A DNA stretch of 64,000 nt. Origin: an uncultured Candidatus Saccharibacteria bacterium (GTDB taxonomy: Bacteria > Patescibacteriota > Saccharimonadia > CAILAD01 > GCA-016700035). The translations under genes and the position numbers were made by a program. The notes under the pieces were generated by a model that was given only the letters and a program-made list of their open reading frames with translations, did not search any database and was not told the DNA's origin. Position 1 is the stretch's first letter; each line of letters starts with the position of its first letter. The stretch is taken from assembly GCA_964583675.1 (NCBI GenBank), contig CAZOVH010000001.1:81754-145753 (forward strand), read 5' to 3'. Shown here piece by piece: positions 59,601 through 64,000 of this stretch.

Positions 59601-60076
59601 ATCCGAGTGGTGACACCTCGGCATTACAATGCCCACCAGGAACTACCGACGCGGGTGTCGGTGAAAAATTTGGCGTCGGCCGCGTGCTCATGCATCGACT
59701 TAGGCTCTGTAACGTACAGGGGATTACCGTAAATGTTTCTATTGCCAATTCACTAAATGCTATGCTTACAGAAATGAAAGGAGCTAGTATTAATTTGGGC
59801 GGTTGGGGCTATCGAACATTTGATAAACAGGTTGAGCTCAGAACTACAAATGGCTGTCCCGACACCTACAATAGTCCGGCAAGTACGTGCGGAACTCCAA
59901 CTGCACGTCCAGGACAATCGAATCATGAAAATGGAGAGGCGATCGATTTCACTTCCGGAGGGTCAACATTGCGTAGCGGAACTCCAGGCTTCAACTGGCT
60001 TAAAGCAAACGCCGCACGCTACGGGTTTAAAAATCTGCCTTCAGAATCATGGCACTGGTCGATTAATGGAAAATAA
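56660..60076 (+). CDS. large membrane-anchored surface protein with C-terminal LAS/M15 (VanY-like) peptidoglycan peptidase domain (1138 aa)
   Basis: Ala/Lys/Ser low-complexity N-terminus, TM at about residues 180-205, and a C-terminal SNHENGEAIDF (SxHxxGxAxD) plus ESWHW (ExxH) motif. Confidence 0.55.
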   Translation: MLRLEGDSQDPLTSSRHYKDIKSASKQSNTGPGSMADKAANGHIDSLSSAGKKGSEAATKGASSANSTASKGASSAGASASKEAGKAAADAAAKKSISKAVGKSLGKGLNVKGDIDDVKRTAKEDGAAAAAAAAGLKAAETVASKVPIASQVATAIRAGQAALAKVGINIKDQYIMYALLLAPILALVPVMVFALVVFFAWKNPQAILKLSFTNFKTFVGAAQSLVIENGGASKMAYEVEVGGNRAVAAPGDVAKPEEGTYEYKLAQIDWEKAKYQTLPLDSRCEIKTKKVVSVLDGKERSVIESVELNTNPGKDLQGVARANCINNTYPIWNTMMRSQFVRDGVNKNLNVRYAYAEPQDSTTLSEPSDEFSTTLRDKTLTRIWNRGQAINKPIQSTPEEVTANDEEVKRFFTNTREVQKYAKETNIAKYSDEVISCADMYVPKGDSYYQKDIDKMNHDLACGINPKDILLYTTSPSEDLINDSDPLIAIKPKRAALNVVCDLYYNLLAPDSDYAPAVDKYRQKVKDRINSAAVAGWQAMTYADTHQKRFIDLKELGGDFYKISGIQEGQEYNYALDYRKNGVALEPDAISRIVGYYNKQADAIPAIQQEKQYQDALNLVFTYVTSGGDASPCDAARDTGEFDNTNNNDPQRNAKISTFYSDVYPAFKKAIAGIDFYANPSQSKSVSQIYKDLTYEDLRFRLIRIESNAATAGTEDGPQNFNRMNFGMKAYTNAFTLSMGGNFLTQNEAISRDESTRVARYYDDKTKGIAWRFFNLDNPGSFASRLAVASTDKPQNIPGNITGTLAYIMNPIRNAAGENGTLTAFLTGESRVASASSVYDSANLKLDPAGMPEAFNQINPIENARYIESIKKNDPTLATELAGYDQCFKEFLPSRFHLLNPPPDKVDLYKNVCTPLLDSTATRDPNSLILRYRAYHFHMLQADALVYLSDPNKEDPNFSAPEGGSTTNPVATTPTDGTPTNPSGDTSALQCPPGTTDAGVGEKFGVGRVLMHRLRLCNVQGITVNVSIANSLNAMLTEMKGASINLGGWGYRTFDKQVELRTTNGCPDTYNSPASTCGTPTARPGQSNHENGEAIDFTSGGSTLRSGTPGFNWLKANAARYGFKNLPSESWHWSINGK

Positions 60077-60079
60077 CGC

Positions 60080-61990
60080 ATGAAAATAAGAAAACTACAT
60101 TTCAATAAAGTAAAAAATAGATTTATTCGTTTGACGTATATCGTTTCTACATTACTTCTTATTGTGACACCAGCTCAGGCCGCAAGCGAACAGCGCAGAG
60201 ATATTGAGCGTACTCCTTTTTATGACAAGAACGCCGAACTAATTTGCGGAGCTGCGGGGACAACACAAGCAGCAGGAGGCGGGGGACTTATCGTTGGGGG
60301 AACAGTCTATTATCTCGGTGATTCAATCGGCGAAGGAGTTAAGACTCCTCTTGAAAAAAATCTTACTGCAGCTGGCTATAAGGCCGTCGTAAATGCAAGT
60401 AATTCTCGCTCTATCAGTGGTCCGGGAAGAGATGGATCGTCTGGCTTGGAAGCGGCAGCGAAAGACGCCGCCGTGATTCAAGGCGCTCAAGTGGTAGTTA
60501 TTGAGCTCGGCACAAATCCAGAGTCGAATGGTGATTTCGCAGGCAATCTTAATAACCTGGTCACACAAATTAAAACGGCCGGCCCACAGGCAAAAATCTA
60601 TCTCGTAGATGTTGCCGTAACGGCCGAACAGGCTGCTCGACTCGGATCAGCTAATGTAAATAAGGCCATTTATGCAAAGGCCGCAGAGCTCGGTACGCCA
60701 GTGATAAGTAGATTTAAAATTTATTATCCTGGGGGTAATCCGGAAACCTTTGAAAATACTGCAAGCCCCGCATTACCATTTGATGCCGCTGGAATTCATA
60801 GCCCTAACTCGCAAGGTTATGAAGCGCTTGCGGGAGTCATCCAGACCAGCATCACCACCTCGAGTGCACTCGCAACACCAAGCACATCCGACCCCTGTCA
60901 GTGTCCAGTTTCAGGAGGCGCCGGAGGAAGCGCAGCTACAATTAATCTTGCCGGTAACGACAATGTCGAGAAAGCATTTAACTTCTTCGTAAGCAAAGGC
61001 TTCTCACCGCAACAATCTGCCGGGATAGTAGGCAATCTGATTGCAGAATCGGGTGTAAATCCAAAACGAGTGCAGAGTACACCGACACCTGAAGGGGATA
61101 AAGATAATATTACAGTTAATAATAAAACGGGCTACGGCATCGCCCAATGGACCTCTTCTGGACGACAACAAGGTTTGGTTGATCTCGCTCGTTCGCGGGG
61201 CATGACTATCGAGGGTGATCTTGCACTTCAGCTCGACTATCTCATGATTGAGCTTACTGTTGGCTATAAAGACGTATATGATGCCATCAAACTCTCTGCA
61301 GATCTTAAGGCGGCTTCAGACGTATTTATGACTAAATTTGAGCGCCCTGCAGATCAAAGTGAAACTGCTCGGCAAAAACGTGCCAGCATGGGACAACAGG
61401 TACTAGATCTGTATGGCAACGGCGCAAGCGCCAGTGGTGCTCTCATTAGCGGCGCAACAAACTGTAATACTGGAGCGGGAGGTCAGGCGGCCGGCTTCGT
61501 AGGCTTCCCACTCCAAACTACTAAAGCGCGAATGACCGAGCTAAATGGCGGTCAGTTTAAGAATGGAGTGATGGGACAAGGCGGACACCCGTATGCGGCT
61601 CACGACATTATGGCCGACCCTGGAACTCCGGTAGCTGCAATTCTGTCGGGTAAGGTTGTACAAGTAAGCACAGATAAGTGCCCGGGGAGACTTATCGCAG
61701 TTTGGAGTGAACAGGTAGGCGTTACCGTCGCATATCTACACATGTCTATTGAGCAAACAATAGTGAAAGAGGGTGATTCTATCGCCGAAGGTCAAATTAT
61801 CGGCTTTGTTGGGCCACCAGCAGCTGGCTGCGGAACCCCACACCTCCATATTGATGCCAATACTACCAACCGTAGAATTGGGTGTAAGCGTGAAAGTTGC
61901 TCTACAGAAAATAAAGCACTCTTCCAGGCTGGGAGCGATAAAATTGGGTTACCAAAATCACTTTTCGATAGCTATCAGCGACTACCATAA
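60080..61990 (+). CDS. three-domain cell-wall hydrolase: SGNH/GDSL hydrolase + phage-tail-lysozyme-like + M23 peptidase (636 aa)
   Basis: Signal peptide; GDSIGEG (SGNH block I); GNLIAESGVNP...GYGIAQWTSSGR (lysozyme-like); HPYAAHDIM...HLHID (M23 HxxxD and HxH). Confidence 0.6.
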   Translation: MKIRKLHFNKVKNRFIRLTYIVSTLLLIVTPAQAASEQRRDIERTPFYDKNAELICGAAGTTQAAGGGGLIVGGTVYYLGDSIGEGVKTPLEKNLTAAGYKAVVNASNSRSISGPGRDGSSGLEAAAKDAAVIQGAQVVVIELGTNPESNGDFAGNLNNLVTQIKTAGPQAKIYLVDVAVTAEQAARLGSANVNKAIYAKAAELGTPVISRFKIYYPGGNPETFENTASPALPFDAAGIHSPNSQGYEALAGVIQTSITTSSALATPSTSDPCQCPVSGGAGGSAATINLAGNDNVEKAFNFFVSKGFSPQQSAGIVGNLIAESGVNPKRVQSTPTPEGDKDNITVNNKTGYGIAQWTSSGRQQGLVDLARSRGMTIEGDLALQLDYLMIELTVGYKDVYDAIKLSADLKAASDVFMTKFERPADQSETARQKRASMGQQVLDLYGNGASASGALISGATNCNTGAGGQAAGFVGFPLQTTKARMTELNGGQFKNGVMGQGGHPYAAHDIMADPGTPVAAILSGKVVQVSTDKCPGRLIAVWSEQVGVTVAYLHMSIEQTIVKEGDSIAEGQIIGFVGPPAAGCGTPHLHIDANTTNRRIGCKRESCSTENKALFQAGSDKIGLPKSLFDSYQRLP

Positions 61991-62004
61991 AAAGAAAGGG
62001 AACT

Positions 62005-62793
62005 ATGAATAAACTCTCCACTCAAGCCAAGCTGATTATCGGACTCTCATTCGTAACCCTAGTATTGCTCTGCGTGATGATATATGTGCAGTTCGTTCAG
62101 TTTCGTATTGTTAAATCTACCCCCGATACAAACAACTACCCAAGCACAATGGGCCTACTCGTATTGGAGTTTAATGAAAAATTAGACGCCAAGGCTATTC
62201 AGGATGCATACAATAAAGATGCAGCAAGTGTTATAAAGTTCAGTTTTGATAGCCCAGCCTATATAGAAGTGTATGATAAGACTCTCAAGATAACGATTCA
62301 GGAAACTGCTAAAGAAGGTAAGTACAAACTTCTACTTAATAATATTAAGTCTGAAGATGGAAGCATCTTTAAGCGAGAGATTCCTTTTGTCGTTAAGAAT
62401 ATTGCATACAATGACATGCCTGAAGAAACCCAGAAACTTTTTAATGAATATGCCTCAGAGGGAGAGACCCTACCTCAAGATCCAATCGTGGGAGTACTCC
62501 CTTATCAGACAGATAAGTATAAAATTAGTTATGTTTTTCCAGAAGAAGACGTCGAGATACCTGCAACAATAACTATTACCATGAAATTCTTTGAGCCGGG
62601 TGACAATGCATTACCAGAAACGCCAGCCCAAAGACAAGCTTACTTAAACGACCTCAGAAAATATCGGACCGAAGCATTAACCTACCTGAAAGAAAAAGGT
62701 ATAGATATTAATAACTATGTCATTAAATACACAGAGTTTGATCTACAAAACGAATTTCCGACTGGCTACGTCGCTCAACCAGAAACCGAATAG
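62005..62793 (+). CDS. membrane-anchored extracellular protein (262 aa); positional VirB8/PrgL-like candidate
   Basis: N-terminal TM anchor plus an extracellular domain, placed after the hydrolase genes as prgL is in pCF10-type loci. Low GC (about 38%). Confidence 0.35.
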   Translation: MNKLSTQAKLIIGLSFVTLVLLCVMIYVQFVQFRIVKSTPDTNNYPSTMGLLVLEFNEKLDAKAIQDAYNKDAASVIKFSFDSPAYIEVYDKTLKITIQETAKEGKYKLLLNNIKSEDGSIFKREIPFVVKNIAYNDMPEETQKLFNEYASEGETLPQDPIVGVLPYQTDKYKISYVFPEEDVEIPATITITMKFFEPGDNALPETPAQRQAYLNDLRKYRTEALTYLKEKGIDINNYVIKYTEFDLQNEFPTGYVAQPETE

Positions 62794-62801
62794 TTCACCA
62801 A

Positions 62802-63074
62802 TTATCCAATACGTATAAAAATTTTTTCTAGTTTTTGACCAGTTTTCTTTACTATTTCGCGTTCTATCTGAATTTTACGCATGCGGATTTCACTAGCCTC
62901 AACCGGGTGGCCAACGGTTATGCGCAGTAAACCCTCGTTAAAACTCACCGAATCAACTGTCACTCCCGACCGTCTTTTTATAATCTCTTTAACTGTCTTA
63001 AAGAATTGTAAAATATCAAACTGTGCATCTAAATTCTTACGCGACAGACTGTCGCCAATTCTTTCAAAACTCAT
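62802..63074 (-). CDS. DUF721-family small protein (DciA-like), downstream of recF
   Basis: 90 aa with a 4-nt overlap with the recF stop. Typical recF-DUF721 synteny. Confidence 0.45.
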   Translation of the reverse strand: MSFERIGDSLSRKNLDAQFDILQFFKTVKEIIKRRSGVTVDSVSFNEGLLRITVGHPVEASEIRMRKIQIEREIVKKTGQKLEKIFIRIG

Positions 63075-64000
63075 ACTGGAGGCCTCGTTAAGTCGAGTGT
63101 TTGCGCCGGCAGCTTAAGTCGCTTATCAATATCAGTACTCGTAATCACTGTCTGAATCTCGGACAGTTCGCTAATGAGTTGGCGGCGGCGAGATTCATCA
63201 AGCTCACTAAACACGTCATCTAAAAGAAGGAGCGGCTGACGATCTTCACTTTTTTGCTTAACGTATTCTAGTTCAGCAAGCTTGAGTGCTAGAAGTGCTG
63301 TGCGTGTCTCCCCGCGCGAGGCCATGCTCTGGATCGGATAGCCGTCAAACCATAGCGACCAATCCTCGCGATGTGGGCCCACCGTGGTTGTGCCCAAAGC
63401 GACATCGCGCTGGCGAGCTGCCGAAATGCGCTGCATAAAACTAGAACTCTTCTCATTAAATTCTAGTTTTAGCTTATGTTCTCGCTTGGCAATCCTCGGT
63501 ACCACCTCAGCCAGAATAGTGGCTAAGTCCGCAATCAATAATTCCCGATGCTGTGAAATTTCTTCAGCAACAGGAGCTAGTTGAGTCTCTAAGATAAAGA
63601 GCTGATCATCAAGTTCAGTAATAGGCGAGCGCTTATTGCGCCACAAAAGTGAGTTGCGCTGTTTTAAAATTCTGCGGAACGATAAAAAATTACTGCGATA
63701 ATGCTCGTCGGTCTGCGTCAGAACCACGTCCACATAGCGTCTACGGCGCTCTGGAGAGCCGGCAAGTAAGTTTAGGTCATTGGGCTCAAACAAGACTACA
63801 GGATGTCTACCAAGTAGCGTAGAACGCGAAATCTTAACGGCATTACGTTCAAACTGCTTAGATTTACGTGGCGTAAGTCGAGACACTACTCGAATCTGCT
63901 CATCATCATACGTTGCCTCTACTACGTAGCCATCCTGGCCATGCGCAACTAGCTCTTCATCATCTCCACGAAATGACCTACCTGTTGCGGCCACATACAT
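63071..64000 (-). CDS. recF: DNA replication and repair protein RecF (C-terminal about 300 aa; N-terminus beyond window end)
   Basis: SMC-like motifs SRGETRTALLALKLAELEY (signature) and LLLLDDVFSELD (Walker B/D-loop). The ORF is open to position 64000. Confidence 0.8.
   Translation of the reverse strand: MYVAATGRSFRGDDEELVAHGQDGYVVEATYDDEQIRVVSRLTPRKSKQFERNAVKISRSTLLGRHPVVLFEPNDLNLLAGSPERRRRYVDVVLTQTDEHYRSNFLSFRRILKQRNSLLWRNKRSPITELDDQLFILETQLAPVAEEISQHRELLIADLATILAEVVPRIAKREHKLKLEFNEKSSSFMQRISAARQRDVALGTTTVGPHREDWSLWFDGYPIQSMASRGETRTALLALKLAELEYVKQKSEDRQPLLLLDDVFSELDESRRRQLISELSEIQTVITSTDIDKRLKLPAQTLDLTRPPV

Overview
This 64-kb window is a gene-dense chromosome segment with a background GC of roughly 45-50%. 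The housekeeping content points to a Gram-positive-like envelope: two FemAB paralogs, an LCP protein, MscL and a CIRCE-regulated groES-groEL operon. Combined with a Gram-positive-type type IV secretion system (T4SS) carrying multiple TrbC/VirB2-like pilins, this looks to me like a small-genome Patescibacteria/CPR organism, possibly Saccharibacteria (inference only).

Housekeeping genes:
- DNA repair and replication: mutY (N-terminal part, runs off the window start), rarA, an AlkD-like glycosylase, ogt, recF (C-terminal part, runs off the window end) and a DUF721 protein.
- Other core functions: gmk, msrB, pepF, groES/groEL, tsaD, valS, mscL, hsp20, a purN-like formyltransferase and comF.
- Sugar and wall metabolism: an archaeal-type PGI/PMI, a phosphohexomutase and glpQ.
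- Nine tRNAs plus one atypical tRNA-like gene. All four tRNA-Ser isoacceptors are present (GGA, GCT, TGA, CGA).

Most notable observations:
1. A roughly 15-kb T4SS locus at 47.4-62.8 kb. It comprises four tandem VirB2-like pilin paralogs (two with internally duplicated pilin units), a VirB6/PrgH-like protein, PrgI/VirB3-like, VirB4, two multidomain cell-wall hydrolases and a VirB8-like candidate. No relaxase or coupling protein lies in the window.
2. At least nine short 60-65% GC islands inserted into the lower-GC backbone. They carry actinobacterial-flavoured or unknown genes with their own promoters and terminators. I read this as candidate horizontal gene transfer, possibly from a high-GC host (inference).
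3. A five-tRNA cluster at 41.1-42.6 kb with a 540-nt structured spacer bearing several universally conserved 16S rRNA motifs in colinear order, which may be a mini-16S relic. The cluster also contains a tRNA-like gene with an 18-nt anticodon arm and a roughly 430-nt terminated structured RNA.
4. A GC-rich, terminator-flanked noncoding region of about 600 nt at 26.4-27.0 kb that I could not assign.

No CRISPR array, reverse transcriptase, integrase or transposase was found.
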